Assembly: GCA_012295275.1 (NCBI GenBank)
Contig: CM022672.1
Coordinates: 3,844,001 to 3,908,000 of the forward strand
Source of the DNA: Chrysomallon squamiferum
Lineage: Eukaryota; Animalia; Mollusca
Direction: 5' to 3'
DNA: 64,000 nt
The notes under the pieces are model-generated. The model saw only the letters and a program-made list of their open reading frames with translations, ran no database searches and was not told the origin of the DNA. Shown one piece after another: positions 1 through 15,132 of this stretch. Position numbers and translations under genes: made by a program. The number at the start of each line of letters is the position of its first letter. Position 1 is the first letter of the stretch.

Positions 1-329
1 AAGAGTAATTTTTGACAGTAAAGTTTTATAATTAACCTGAAAAATATAATCAGATACGGAAAAAGGGGATTTGAAAAAGATGATTAATATTATTATAATA
101 ACCAAACTCGTTCATTTCAGTGATTAGAAAAGTATCAAAAAACTAATCAATAAATTCTCCCTTTAGAAAGCGAGTTAAAAGTCGTTTTTCGATCGTTATT
201 AATCAACTATAACTCCCTCTTTCCGGGATACTATGTGTCTTGTATAATCACGTCTAATTAATTACGACAGACGACAGAGAGCGTAACGGACGAACGTGTG
301 AACAGACGACTGAAGATACATTTCTGGCT

Positions 330-375
330 CTTAGAATCGAACTCTGTACCGGCCAATCAGACGTCAAGAGAGTGT
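330..375. promoter_or_regulatory. CCAAT box with adjacent CRE-like site in a CpG-rich patch
   Basis: GGCCAATCAGACGTCA at about 351-366 within a CG-rich stretch. Motif match only. Confidence 0.3.
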
Positions 376-611
376 AATGTACCGACAATGTCGTTAAAAT
401 GACTGAGTGAGTGTAAGCTTCACAAATTAACTTATTATTATATGTCATGAATGTGGTTTGTATGAATAAATACTACAAATGCGAGGGGACAAAGCCGCTG
501 CAATCGTATCTTAGTTCGTTCTTATTCGCTACCAGCGAGAAATCCTTTAAACGCGCTGGAGATTACAACCTCGTTTTCTGAGGGAAATTTAAACGTGCCT
601 TGATGAAGTCG

Positions 612-830
612 CCAGTTATTTCTACCAGCTCGAACGTGACTGACAGTTAATGTACTAACAAAAAATATATAACACCGTGTAAATCCTAGTTGTATCTACC
701 AGCTCAAATGTGACTGAAAGTTAATGTACTAACAAAAGCATATGATACCGTGTATTACCAGTTGTATCTACTGGCTCGAACGTTTCTGACAATTAATGTA
801 CTAACAAAAAAACATACAATACCGTGTATT
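612..830. repeat. Tandem repeat, 3 copies of about 73 bp
   Basis: Units start at about 612, 686 and 758 and share tctac(c/t)(a/g)gctc...ttaatgtactaacaaaa...accgtgta. Confidence 0.9.
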
Positions 831-1044
831 AAACACACTATTGATGTAAAAGTTAAAGTAAAATGTGAAATATTGATTCTACACCTGACTGTATTTGAAT
901 TATTCAAGTTGATAGCAGAAGAAGAAGAAGAAGAAAATACACGTCATTTGATGCTACAGAGTGAGATACGCCAGTCAGACAGATAAAGAAAGTGGAGAAA
1001 AAAAAAAAAAAAAACTTGTTTTCTATCTAAACATCATCTTACAC

Positions 1045-1520
1045 CAGACCCGTCGCATCTCGTATGTCGTGATTTTAGCTTGACACAGAAGACTAAGTGA
1101 AAATATCAGCTATTAATATCGGCGGGAAAATTAGTTCTGGTCTCTTTCTGGTTAGCAAGTTAATTAGAGGAAAAGAAAAATGATATCAGTTTCGTGTTAT
1201 TGCAGATCGTTTGAATACGAAATGTTTATTTTATTACATTTCTGTCTAATACATTTATATGCATAATTAACTGCGACTCGTAAATCCTGAACCCAAGACA
1301 AACTCGCCTAGCGACATTTTTCTCTAATCGAAGTGATAAATTCAAACGAAATAATGGCGGGAAAATCAGTTTTGACGTCTGTTTCGTTATTCTGCATGAC
1401 TCATTAATTAGGTCATGCAAGAGAAGACGAAAAACTAATATATTTGCCTTGTTCGATGTCTTTCGGATAAAACATGTTTATTTTGTTTATGAACATGCAT
1501 TAAAGTACCTGCAGCATCGC
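1045..1520. repeat. Diverged tandem duplication of about 235 bp
   Basis: GGCGGGAAAA at 1121 and 1356. In both copies it is followed by t(t/c)agtt, ttaattag and atgtttatttt at similar offsets. Confidence 0.6.
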
Positions 1521-2511
1521 AAGAAAACGAGGAAGAAACAAACAGAGTGACTCATTTGTTGCGTCATACGTAATAATTACAGTTACTTTTCTTTTTTCTT
1601 TTTTTGTAATCAACGAAAATTCCTATAGTGACGTTTCAGGATATACTCAGATAAATAATAATTATGTAATATATATGTAATTTGTACTGATACCTTTGTT
1701 TGAAATAAATCCTGCTGAAAAAAACACTCCATGGGACATTCCTGCTATTACCATCATAAATAATAAATGTAAATGGTTCTTGCCAAGAGGAGTAGCCTAT
1801 TCACCGTTACTTACAAAGAGGTTTGCTGATAACAGTATTCAGTGTTGAGCAAATGAAAAATGCAAGTCAAATGTTAAATTTATTTAAAGCAATTACATGA
1901 ACCTGACCGTTATTATTCATTCAAATCTTTCAAATTTATCAGTTAACGTTGAATACAAATGAAGTCGGTCCTCGTATTCGAGTCACCTTTTTTAAAAAAA
2001 GACTTATAACAGTTTCTCAGTGATACTTATTCTTAAGCTACTGTGATTGTTTGTGTTACTAAAATCGTAGAAAATAATAAACTACCCAGGAATATTATTT
2101 ACACTTTGTTTCTGATATAACATTAAAACATATATCTTTACATTGAACATAACACCATGTCCTTTATTTTGAACTGGTAAAACGAAACCGAAAAAAAACA
2201 ACAAGAAAAAAACGGAAAGAAATATCCATCTAATTTTAAAAGGCAGGACTAAGATTCAGTATGATTTTTTTCAAAGGAAATCCAAGTCTACATAATACTG
2301 CATGTAACCTTACTTTCTTACGTTCGCACTGTAACATTAACGTAATTGGAATGGCGGGATACTTTAGACTGGCGTCAGGTGTCAGCTGTCATATTGGTCT
2401 AGAGTTAGTCAAGCGTAATGATGACCGAAATATACATAAACGTTACTTGTGACGTGACGTGAAAACCTCGTTATAAACTTCATCATTGCACAAAAACAGC
2501 CACAAAAACAG

Positions 2512-2515
<4 letters not shown>

Positions 2516-2592
<77 letters not shown>

Positions 2593-2909
2593 CAGTCAGT
2601 CAGAGAGAGAGACAGTCAGACAGAAAGACAGACAGACAGTCAGACAGAGAGAGACAGATAAACAGACAGTCAGACAAAGAGAGACAGACAGTCTGAGAGA
2701 GAGACAGAGAGACAGACAGTCAGTCGGAGAGAGTCAGACAGAGAGAGACAGAGTCAGAAAGAGACAGACAGTCAGACAGAGAGAGAGACAGAGAGAGACA
2801 GACAGTCAGTCAGACAGAGACAGACAGTCAGACAGAGAGACAGACAGTCAGTCGAAGAGAGTCAGACAGAGAGAGACAGAGTCAGAAAGAGAGAGACAGA
2901 CAGACAGTC

Positions 2910-2967
<58 letters not shown>
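2516..2967. repeat. Compound microsatellite (GA)n-(GACA/GTCA)n-(GA)n
   Basis: Read directly. It accounts for the 167-aa RE/TD-rich ORF. Confidence 0.95.
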
Positions 2968-2970
<3 letters not shown>

Positions 2971-4533
2971 GGGTAAGATTGTTTGGTAGCAAGATTCCTT
3001 CTCCTTAGTGTATAAAATAAACCAAATAAATATTTATATTACATTTTCATCGCTAATGTCGACAGTCATAGGTCAGTATTACAAACACTGTACAAGTTTA
3101 TAAACTCATACTGGGATGAATAAAACCTAAGACTACAGTGGTGTATTGGCCTCAGGTCAGTGTGATATAATGCAGCTTCTAGGATCTCTCCCTAGTACCG
3201 GCTTATATTTTTTAAATCCCTGGTCATTACTTTGAGCTAATTTTTAACATAAACAGGTGACCAGCAAGACTTCAAGTAGCCGATTATCTTTCTAGGATTT
3301 TACGAGAACTTATTAAATCGGTACCCTCTTAAACGTCTAAGTGTTTATATTGCTGTTAATGTCTTTAATAGTAATAAAAAAAAAAAAAAAAAAAAAAAAA
3401 AATGCTTAGTATAAGTCAGACTATTATTATTACCATAAACTGTCGAAGACATCTTTCATCCAGTAAGATTTAGTTTTAATGTATATATCAGTTTGCTGTT
3501 ATCTCCTCGATTTGTTTCGTGTATTTTCGCAGTTTATCGTGATATTGCGCGGAGAAACAGTTTTATGTCTTTTACAGGCATTTTATCTCTTCTCGAGCAT
3601 TTTCGCAATTAATTTTCGAGGAATCCAGATCTCCGATATGCATCGTGTAGATTCGCAATGTTTCGAGCTTCCTCGTGAGAACGAGTCAAAGTAAACATCC
3701 CTCTGCGCTTATCGAGACACGTCGAAACGGCCGGGCCGAGAGAAAGAGCAGAAATAAAGAAAAGAAATCTGTGCTTTTATTGTAAATGAATTCCACACGG
3801 CCTGATGGTCTTTGTAATTGAAGATTTGTGACAAATTAGGGTAAAATCCTCGTGCATTTTCCTGACGGCAAACGAGTAAATTGGGAAGATATATCCGATC
3901 GGGTTTTGTTTACCATTATTAACGTTTAATGGCCGTGATTCCTATCTCGGATCTTCCCGCTGTCATTCGTATCACATGTCATCGTAATTGGTGGTTCTCG
4001 TGTTCCTCCGTGGTCACCATACAAGCCGGGGTCAAAAGTATTTCATCTGGCTACTGGCTCCTGTCCATGGTTGATAGGTAAATTGTAAGGTCACTGCATC
4101 GTCCTTTCTTTACCCGTAATTAACCTAATAATAAACTGTCAGTGCCAAACGCAATCCAAGCAGATGAATTTTGCCCATGGCGCCGTACTTGAAGGTCCGA
4201 TAGAAAGAAAAAATTTTTTTTTCTTTGTACTGAAAATAGAACTGAGTGTGACTGTAAGATAGAAAGAACAATGAAAAATTTAATTTCTTTTTCGCTTTAT
4301 TTATTTATTTACTTATTTATTTATTTATTTATCATAAATATATATAAATTTACGACCAAAATAATAAATGGTATGTGTGGGGTGTGTATGTGTGTGACAT
4401 ACACATAACATAATTAATATCGCTTTTCCATCTTGTTTACGTGTTACAAATCGAGCACGTCACAAACTGAATGTTATTACGTTATAAACTCCTTTTATGT
4501 TACTTCTTTTTGCATTACAAACAGCTCATTCAT

Positions 4534-4569
<36 letters not shown>

Positions 4570-5699
4570 TGTAAAATAAAGAAGCTGTTTTCTTTTTTGT
4601 TTCTTGAAATTAAAATGAATAGTAAAAAACCAGAATTGCATTCTATTAAAAATATCAACAACGACGACAACAATAATAATAATCATGAACATCATCTAAT
4701 CATCGTCATTACTATCACATCGTAATCATTATTATTATTATTTAGAAAATACGTAGATAATTATCTAAATATGTTAAATTATTACTCCATTTGAATTCAT
4801 TCAGTTAGTGTTTATTTTGGCAGTTACACTTGTGAGGGTTACATTTTATCATTGATGGGTGTGTACCAGGTGTGGCTGTTTGTTCTAGATGGATTTTTAT
4901 CGTAGTCGGGTTTTTGAGAACTGTTATAAAAACAAATACATTGAAATGTCTGTGTTACTTCAAACACGCTGAAATATCAGTACCTTGTGTCACGTGATTC
5001 GAGATGGGTAAAATCTAAACACGGGAGACAGCAGTATATGTGGTTTACCTTTATTTGTTTATTTATTTATATTATTTATTTATTTATCTTCATTTATTTA
5101 TTTATTTATTTATTATCATTATTTATTTATTATCATTATTTATTTATTTATCGTCATTTATTTATTTATTTATTTATTTTAGTCAGAAAATTTTTGTAAT
5201 GATTTCTTAATGATTTATTATTGCTATTTTTTAACTTTTAAACCATTAAATTATCTTACTTTTTTGTATTAAAAACCTTTTTGTTTATTTAAAATATGTT
5301 TTTAAAGAAACAAAACTGAATTAAAAAGCCAGCTGGAAAAAAAAAATGTGATATTACAAATAATGGTATTATTATTATTATTATTGTTATTATTATTATT
5401 TTTTTTTTTTTTTTTTTAAATTAAAAAAAACCGGATTCATGACTTGGTAGCATCCTCAGCTGGAAACGATTCCCATTTTTTAGCCTTGAAATGTCTTCTC
5501 TTTTTCTTCATCTTCTTCTTCTTCTTCATAATTAGTTTAATTTCATCTTTAAAGTTATATTTTAGATTTTGACGATTTCCCTTTTTCTGAAAAATGTTCA
5601 CGCTGCGGTAAAACACAGAGGAGCAATATTGTTTCTTTTAAATCATATTTAAAACCATTTAAGAAACAAAAATTAACAAATAACAAAAATGAAATAAAG

Positions 5700-5870
5700 A
5701 GAGGAATTCCTTTAACACCAGCGTCTTAACATTTTCAACCCAAAGCTAAGCATATTTTACATACGTCTTTCTAAAATACGTAAGACAATTTTCACAACTG
5801 TTTGGAATGGAAATTAGTCAAAGCTGAACGTTGACAAGGATTGATCCTGCAGTCCAGCAGGTGCTGTCAG
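5700..5870 (-). mobile_element. Highly decayed SINE fragment (same family as 16463-16940)
   Basis: gttgacaaggattgatcctgcag resembles ctcaggaggactgatcctgctg at about 16896. The family assignment is from memory of a mollusc MetaSINE-like consensus. Confidence 0.35.
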
Positions 5871-7403
5871 CTGGTATCTTGTCTAGTATAGATAGTTGAT
5901 GTGTGACACTCGTAACGTACGTGAACTAATTACACGCTTTGAAGTTCTTCTCTGTTTTGTTTTATCAAAAGAACTGAACGAACAAACAAATGGTTTTGAT
6001 GGAAAGATTTTAATGCTTCAAAAGTTTATGTAGGTCGCTTTGAAATAAAAAAATTTTTATTTTATTTATTTAAAAAGTCCAAAAAGAAATAATAATTAAA
6101 AAAAAAAAATAAACGAAAAAATGTATAAAAAAAGAAAACAAATAAGAATAAGAATAATTTAAAAAATAACAATAAGAAGATAAATTTCATTAAAAAAAAA
6201 TAATGTTTCTTTCACATTTCTTTCAAATAGCTGTTACTTGACTGTTTTATATATATTATATACACATATATATATGTATATGTATAACGTTCTCTCTCTT
6301 TCACTCTTTCATATTTGCATCAAGCATAAATCATATACTAATATACATTATATGAAAAAGTATTTAGTATGATATCTTAAAATCTGCGACCGCCAAAAGC
6401 AAGTAACTATCTATTAACAAGATAAACATCGTTGTATTTTCTGTGAGAGATATTGGTAAGAGAAAATCAATAAATATCTCACACATATTGTACAAGAAAT
6501 AAAACACGGTTTTGTAAATAAAATAATATATCTAACATACGTGTTCGGTCTATAACAGTTTTAGAAAAACAAAGTTTACTGCTTGGATTATGTGTCTTTC
6601 AGTAATGAGAGAATATTTCTAATGTTCTTTTGAAGTGTTGGTCTTATCAGTAGAGTTTATACTGTGAATACATTCTGTAACACAAAGGTCTCTACGATAA
6701 AATATAGAACACATGAAGTGGTATCATTTTGTAATACTGTTTATAGAAATATCTGATGCTGTGAATATATTGTATTATCTTAAAATGCACAAATGACTGA
6801 TAAATTAAATTCTGAATGCATATCAGAAACTGATTCTGTATCTACATAAAACACACACACACACACACAGATATACGTATGTTTGTGTGATGTACGTATA
6901 TACTGATGGGTAGATTAGAAGAAAAAAAAAATCAACTGAGAATTTTAAACAAAGAAAACAAGACTCAACACTTTGAACGTGAATCGTACGGTTGCTATCA
7001 TTACAAAACCTAACCCTGGATTCTCACATTTTTCTTACAAACACAAGACACCCAGTGAAAAAAAACACACACACCTCTACAGCACTTGAAAACGTATCCA
7101 TTTTTGAAAACTGATTCAAAGGGATATTCTAACGTCTTTGTCGAATCTTGCAAGTGATAAATAAATCATTTTAATTTGAACGCTAAGGATTAAGCAGTTC
7201 TATTTGTATACAAATTCAAACGAAATGCTTAAGACAGATCGCGTGTGCTGGAGATCCAGGCAGTTTATTAATGTATGAGAGTGAGGCAGGTTTTATACTT
7301 ACAGACACAAACTAGTGCGCGATCGTTATTGTGACGTTATTGTACGCAGGTACTTACAGCAAGAATCACGCACGAATTCAGAAGCAAACAAGCACTTCTC
7401 ATC

Positions 7404-7450
<47 letters not shown>

Positions 7451-7729
7451 TTTATTTTATTTTATTTTTTTTTTTTTTTTTGCGCTTTGATGATTGCTAC
7501 CACTTTTTCTCAAATCTTCAACGCCCTGAGGTTAAATTTATTTCAGTAGAGTTCTAATTATATCCAGTCAGTTTTAATCTAAACAATATGATTAATTAAT
7601 GATCTGTATTAACTTTTCCATAGAACTGATTTATTTTATTAACTCTGCACCTGAAAACAGTGCGTCCTCTTACAGCGGTCACGTGATCATTATTTTCTTT
7701 TCAACGGCTAGCAGAAATTGAATTTAGAA

Positions 7730-7780
<51 letters not shown>

Positions 7781-7876
7781 TTTTTACTGATCACAAATTT
7801 TGATAAGACACTTGATACGTTCATGTGCTATTTATGACTATATTTTTATTTTGTTTTCCTCCATGCTGGATGTATA

Positions 7877-7931
<55 letters not shown>

Positions 7932-8039
7932 GTGAGTACATGTACGCATCTGTCCATTTCGTTTATATATTTACATATACAAATAAACAAGCATACCTCG
8001 CACCTTCTACTTAGATACTTATATGTATCACACAGGTAC

Positions 8040-8320
8040 ACAGAAAGCGCGCAATCACAAATCCACACACGCAACAAACAAAAAACGCGAAATTTCATTC
8101 ACCTCTCGTTCCGCACACCGCGGAGTGGGAAACCCCAGTGTAACTCGGTCGAGAACTCGCGAGCGACTTTCTCTCTCCGCGCGCGCTCAGAGAATACCCC
8201 CTCTGCCCGTACGACCAATGAGCGCCGCTGAGACAGATAATGTCACGTTTGTCTCGGCCAATGAAATCTCCGCATAAACACACCTCTCTATTCATCGACT
8301 GGAAACCGCCGCCACCGTAG
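8040..8320 (+). promoter_or_regulatory. Candidate promoter: CpG-rich island with two CCAAT boxes
   Basis: GACCAATGAG (about 8213) and GGCCAATGAA (about 8256) lie in the same orientation about 43 bp apart, with dense CG including CGCGCGCG. UTR-like sequence and a splice donor lie downstream. Confidence 0.55.
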
Positions 8321-8639
8321 TAAAAATGTAATGGTTGTTAATATGAATTTGATCCCTGTTTGTTCATGTGAGGTGGAATTTTTTTTTTTTTGATTTTTTT
8401 TTTTTTTGTTCAAAGTAAAAAGTTTTTTCCCCCAGTGGACCAATCGTAATGAACTGTTATCACGAAGCACTTGTGAAAGGGCTGGCCTTTTTAAACAAAC
8501 GAGTTTTATCTTTTACTTACAGAACGTGCGTAGTCGTTTGAGACGGGTGAAGAATACACACGAACTGTCCTGGTTCTCATTAACTCACTGCTTCCACGTG
8601 CGTTGAGTCGAGTCTCTGCTCCAAGTCTGACGACAAACA

Positions 8640-9043
8640 TCAGTTAACTGAGTAGTGGTGGACGTTCTTTTACACAGTTCCACCTTTTAATGGCAAATTT
8701 CAGTTCGGATTTTCTGTCACAGAGTTTTTGAGTTTTAATGATAGACTTCAGTTAACCCCAAGTGGATATTTTCTCTTGCAGAAACCTGAACGAATATTCC
8801 AGTTTTAACTGCAAAATTTCGAATAGTTTGGATTTTCACTCGTTTACAAATTCGAAACCAACATTACAGTTTTAACGACATACTTCAGTTAAGAGATTAA
8901 CTGTTTTTGTTTTTAACATTGGAAAAAAATTCGAAATTCATAATTTTCAATAAACTGACTGAACTTTCTCTTATATATATATATATTTTTTTTTTTCAAC
9001 TTGAGCTCCAATATTAATTAACTGCGTGGATTTAAATTCAAAA

Positions 9044-9084
<41 letters not shown>

Positions 9085-9244
9085 GGAAACATTTTTCATT
9101 TTACCTGGAATACCTACCTACCTACCTGCCTACCTAGCTACCTATCTGACTTTGTTGGATAGATACACCTTTCATCCTTTGAAGCTGCCGCAATATTTAC
9201 AGATATTCGTTGTTTGAAAAGGAGGACAGTCGTGTCTGAAACAG
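8640..9244 (+). other. Candidate non-coding first exon (5' end uncertain)
   Basis: Inr-like TCAGTT at 8640, a strong donor ACAG|GTGAGA at 9244/9245, and no credible ORF. Confidence 0.4.
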
Positions 9245-9362
9245 GTGAGAAAAAGCTTTTTGACTTTTTGAGATTATATCACTTAGATTTAAATTTTATC
9301 TGATATGTTGGTGATAATGAAATGTGACATCGATGCAGATGAAAATGTGTGTCACTATAGGA

Positions 9363-9393
<31 letters not shown>

Positions 9394-9511
9394 TCATCAT
9401 CATCACTGTTAGTGTTAGTAATGTTCTTGTCATTATCGATGGGGCTGTTGGTTTTTTTCTTATTATTTTGTATTACTTTCTTATTGTTATTGTTATTGTT
9501 GCTGCTGCTGC

Positions 9512-9542
<31 letters not shown>

Positions 9543-9651
9543 TATTATTATTATTATTTATTAGTAGTAGTAGTAGTAGTATTTAGTATTATTATTAGTA
9601 GTAGTATTTATTATTATTAGTATTATTGTTATGATTATGATTATGACTATG

Positions 9652-9722
<71 letters not shown>

Positions 9723-10409
9723 CCTATCAGACACGTAACTCATCATCTGGCCATTGATTCCAGGATTAGTTTTTCAATATTTTTAATATTAAATTTGTTT
9801 AGATTTAAATTTCAATTATTTATATTAACTGAGACTGTAAAAATATTATTTGATTACGTTACCATTGTCTGTGGAAGCTGTTAATCTTTCTAAATGATAT
9901 TATTTTTATGATCTCTGAGGGGATAGCCTTAAATTTTAGAATTATTGACAAAACCTCACTTTAAAATCACTCAAGATTTTATTTTTGACAAACGTATTTA
10001 CTTTTTACATTATAATTAGGGGTGGGTTCTTTTGTTTGTTTGTTGATGTTTTTGTTTTGTTTTTTTAATATTTTATTTTATTTATTGTTAAAAGTATTAT
10101 TGATTTATAAAAACATTTTTTCTGCAACAACGACAATAATAATAATTTATTATGTAATGTTATATAATGTGATGATGATGATGATGATGCTGATGATGAT
10201 GATATAGCAATTACAATGATTTTAGTGTATAAAAATATATCAGAATTTCAATCGTTTAATGTCTGTATTAATAATGATGTCAGTAAAGAAGACAAAATTT
10301 TGTCTTTCCTGTATTTTTTATTAATAATCTGTAATTTATTTCTAATAACTTTCTTATGTGGTCCCGGGAAAAAGTATACATTTTCTTTTTTGTTTCATTC
10401 TATATTTTA

Positions 10410-10464
<55 letters not shown>

Positions 10465-10540
10465 GAATTTTCTCAAACTTTACTTTAAAATATTTACCGT
10501 TAGAAAAATCAGTTTATAAATTTGGAATAGCAGTAATGAT

Positions 10541-10600
<60 letters not shown>

Positions 10601-10833
10601 AGCAATAATAATAATAATAATGTATAGAATGACATAATACATTTTTTTATTTATTCTAATCTATTTTCATATTATTTAACTCTGAATAATACCTGAGAAT
10701 ACCTGAGGCGTATTTTAATAAATATAAACTTATTCACTTCTGACGTAAGGAATTTCACATAACTACTAGATCCGCTCCAAGTCACACCACTGACACGTTA
10801 ACACGCTAAGGAAGTAATAACAGACACAAATAC

Positions 10834-10877
<44 letters not shown>

Positions 10878-11264
10878 ATATACGCATGTATGTGTTATAT
10901 TCGTGTATGTATATATATATATGTTTCACGTAGATTATGTATTTCCAGTTATCTTAGGGTTTTTAAAAACTACATCTCCACAATCAACTGCAATAAACTA
11001 TGTTGTCTGCAGTGAGAGTAATAATATAAAAATATATATATATATACACACACACATAGATTTAAATCACAGACTGAAAATTTGGATTATGGCAAGGGAC
11101 TAATAGTAGTTTTAGCTTTGATAATGGATAGTATCTTTCGTAATGTATCTGTTTTTGTTTTAATTCGGATGGAATGCCCAAACGTACTTGGATTTGAGAG
11201 AGAGAGAGAGCATCCTATACAAATAATGAACATTCCTGTGAATTAATCTTTTACAATGACCAGT

Positions 11265-11510
11265 CTAAAATTAATCCGGCTGAGCGCAGCATCTAATTAA
11301 AAACCAAGCTAGGTGTTTGAGGCGCGCGCGACTCGCAGAGACGAGCCAGGCACGCTCGCTCTCCGCAATATGGCTTCTTGTCACACAGGATCTCTTTACT
11401 CTGCTTCACGTTTCGTGTTTTGTCGTCTGCTCTCTAAGTCGGTTATTTTTAGAAGACGGTTTAGTTATAGGAGGTGCACCCTGCACGTCGGCTTGTCACC
11501 TGCTCGCTAA
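11265..11510. promoter_or_regulatory. CpG-rich regulatory island
   Basis: TTAATCC and TAATTA homeodomain-type sites, GCGCGCGCG, and high CG relative to the flanks. Confidence 0.35.
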
Positions 11511-12580
11511 ACAAACATACAACACATCACCTCGACCAACACTGACAGAGAGAAGAAAAAAGAAAAGAAAAGAAAAAAAAAAACGATAATTAAATGTCTA
11601 TGATCAGCTCACGTCTTTATTTCTTTCTGTTTGAGATTGTTGCTTGAGACTGTTGTGCCCACAACAGGCGTGCTTGAACCTCGCTTGCCTCGATTGTGAC
11701 TGTGTTAATAAGGTATCGGCGTAATTGTGTCAGAGTGTTGTGGGTTGTTATTTTAGTTGTCTTGGTAAAGAAATCGGCGAATGAATGTGTGAAACCATTT
11801 CATCTCAGCTGTGTTCATCAGCATGCACGGTATACAGGATAATGCGAAGCAGTGATATTGTGTTTTGTAATACTTTTGTAGTGTAATGAAATATGCAAAT
11901 AATACCTAGTTTGAAACTGATTACTTAATTTATCATCATCATCATCATCATTCATTTAGACTAAGACTACCACCTTATTTTTTGTATAATAATAATAATA
12001 ATAAATACTTTCATACAAGTAAATTAGAAAAAAAAAAAAAAAAAAATGATATTAATCAAAAACTTTTCTACATAATATTATATAAATATATGATCTAAGG
12101 AATACAGCGATGGCACATGGTACTTTCTATTTTCTGATTCCTTTCTTAAATGCCATCGTTAGCATACATTACATTCTAGGGCCAATTACCAATTACGAAA
12201 TCAAAGAAATCGATTTGGACTGGCTTCGTTTGATGTCGCAAACAGTTCTATAAAAGAGACTTTTTGTTGTTGTTTGATCTATATACTGAACATATCTTCA
12301 ATTGGCTGCATTCTGCCACAGTTTCCAGAGTCTCAGATTAATCTGCGTTCACAGCAAACGTTCCAGAACGCGCGAAGAAGATTCTGAGGAAAACAGTCGA
12401 TCGTTATTTTTTACGTACCAGCTGGGTCTTTCAAAGCGATCATCTCACTGAAGGGATGAGAGGGTGTTTGTCTCACCCCTCCGGTCACAAGATAACCAAA
12501 ACAGAGCAGGATATTGTTAATTTTTAAAATTAATACGCGTTATATATATAATTTTTTTTTTTGTTCTGGGTTTGAGTATG

Positions 12581-12646
<66 letters not shown>

Positions 12647-12845
12647 TTTGTGCGTGTGAGGGAGGTAGTGTGCATCAAATTTTCTTCATATATTTTATTT
12701 TTGAGTACTTCTGAGATTGTGACTCTTCCTCCTTGTTTACATTTCTGGATAATCGTAAAAAATATCTTTTGAGAATAATTCCGAAAGCTCTGTAGTGTGT
12801 TGGTTAACATGTTCGTTCTTCTTTTATTGGTTTATATTTATATTT

Positions 12846-12883
<38 letters not shown>

Positions 12884-13058
12884 TATTATTATTATCATTA
12901 TTATGATTATTATTATTATTTTAATGTGCAATCGTCCCTTAGCTGCTAGATCACTCTGTAAATTTCTTTATCCTAATACATCGATTTGGTAAATACTTGT
13001 CTTGGAATTAGTTTCTAGCAACACACAGTTATTTTTCTCGAGATGAAAAAAAAGAAGC

Positions 13059-13118
<60 letters not shown>

Positions 13119-13698
13119 GCAAAATTACAAACGTAAAAGAAGAAAAGAAAAAAGAGTCGGCTAGAAAATAAAAGTCATTTGTATTTGGTGTTTGCTAGAA
13201 ATTTGTTCATCACAATGACGTAATTCTTGTCCGTTTAGATCTGCTTTAAGTCAATCTTCAAACATCAATCCGGATTTATCGGCAATTTCGCCGCCTTCGG
13301 ATTTGTACAAAAACATTAATCAGTATTTAAACGGAACGCAATTGAGATAGCCGGCTCATCAGAAAAGCGTAAGTTGGTCATAACATGCAGTAAAAACGGA
13401 CATAAAATGATAATAAACTCTGTACAAGAGAATAACTGTTATGTGTGATACTGTCTCCCGCTGTTCAGTGGCATGTTATATTGTCATAACTTATTGTAAC
13501 AGTTATTTATTTAGCGTCGATAAACACACTGGTTATTGCCGCTTCGTACCACGCTTGAGTAACTATAAATCTCTGATAGTTATTATTATTTTGCTCTGGA
13601 GGAAGCTGTAATGCACGCCTGTCGTGGTTATTCGGCAGCATGGATTTCTAAATATGTATTTACGGCTGGGAGAGCGATAGCTGGATCGTTAGAGAGAT

Positions 13699-13771
<73 letters not shown>

Positions 13772-14940
13772 AGCAATGGATGCTTTTCCTTCAAACTGTT
13801 ATACATATATCTCTAAAACGTCGGTCATTCCCCTAGCCAGCAGATAAACTTTCAAAAAGCATAAAGAGAAATATATTCCCTATTATCAGATGTTTTGTGT
13901 CAGGAAAGGATATAATCCTGATGGATTATCTTCCGGATCATGGATCTCTAAAAACACTCGAATGACACTTGGATATTTCACACTCGAGGAAAACGTATAC
14001 TCCAGTTTCCCATCTCTGACTTTCAAAAAAAAAACTAAAAAAAAACTGGCGTTCGTTTGAATTGTACACCTCGAGTAACTTAACACCCAGTGCTTTACTT
14101 GTCACCCGTCGAAACGATCCCTGGTCTATCACAATCTGGATTACACGTCCAGGACGATGGATAAAACATCTCGATAATCCAGGCAGATCGCATTAAAATA
14201 TCAACTGGACTTTTTACCCTGACATTTCAATTGTACGCTTATTTCTATTTTTTGGTTTGCGAACAAGATAAGGCTCGTTTTCAAAGCAAAACAAAGAAGC
14301 ACTAAACAGACTAATTTATTTAAAATGAAAAGACTGGACACGCGATACGTTTTCTCATTGAGAGTACACTGTCGTCTGCCCCAGGGGGTCGTTTTGGAAA
14401 TACCTCACAGCTGAACATGACGGAACGGGAATTTATTTATTTTTCAAAAAAGAGCATCACTCGAGAGAAACCTTTTTTCGCTAAACCTGAGCTCTCTAGT
14501 ATTTTCGGTCGTGCTTGTTTGATAAATTGCTGTATTGTGCAAGGCCACACAGCCCTTGCAGAGCGCGCGAAATCTTTTCTCCTTTTGATCTCTATTTGTC
14601 AGTTTATGAAAAAATTTAATAAATTAGCGTTTGAGAAATGACTGTTTATGTAACCCTGTCAAACGCCTAAACTCCGAACTGCTGACAGCGTTATTAAATG
14701 ATGAAAGTTTGTGCTGACAACTGCAATACAAAAAAAAAGAAAAAGGTTTAATATATTACATTCATGGGTGTCGAAACATTATAATTAAATTCTTTATGCT
14801 ATGTTTGTTTTGTTTGGGTTTTTTTTTATTTTGTTTATTTTTTTAATTAATATTATTACGACTTTGAAATTTATTTTTGTATAAGGACTCGAGGACGTAT
14901 AAAAGATAAAATAACAGTGGAATATCGCTGTTTATTTGTG

Positions 14941-15132
<192 letters not shown>

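Noticed and set aside
2486-2989. 167-aa R/E/Q-rich ORF
   Set aside because: It is the translation of a compound GA/GACA microsatellite.
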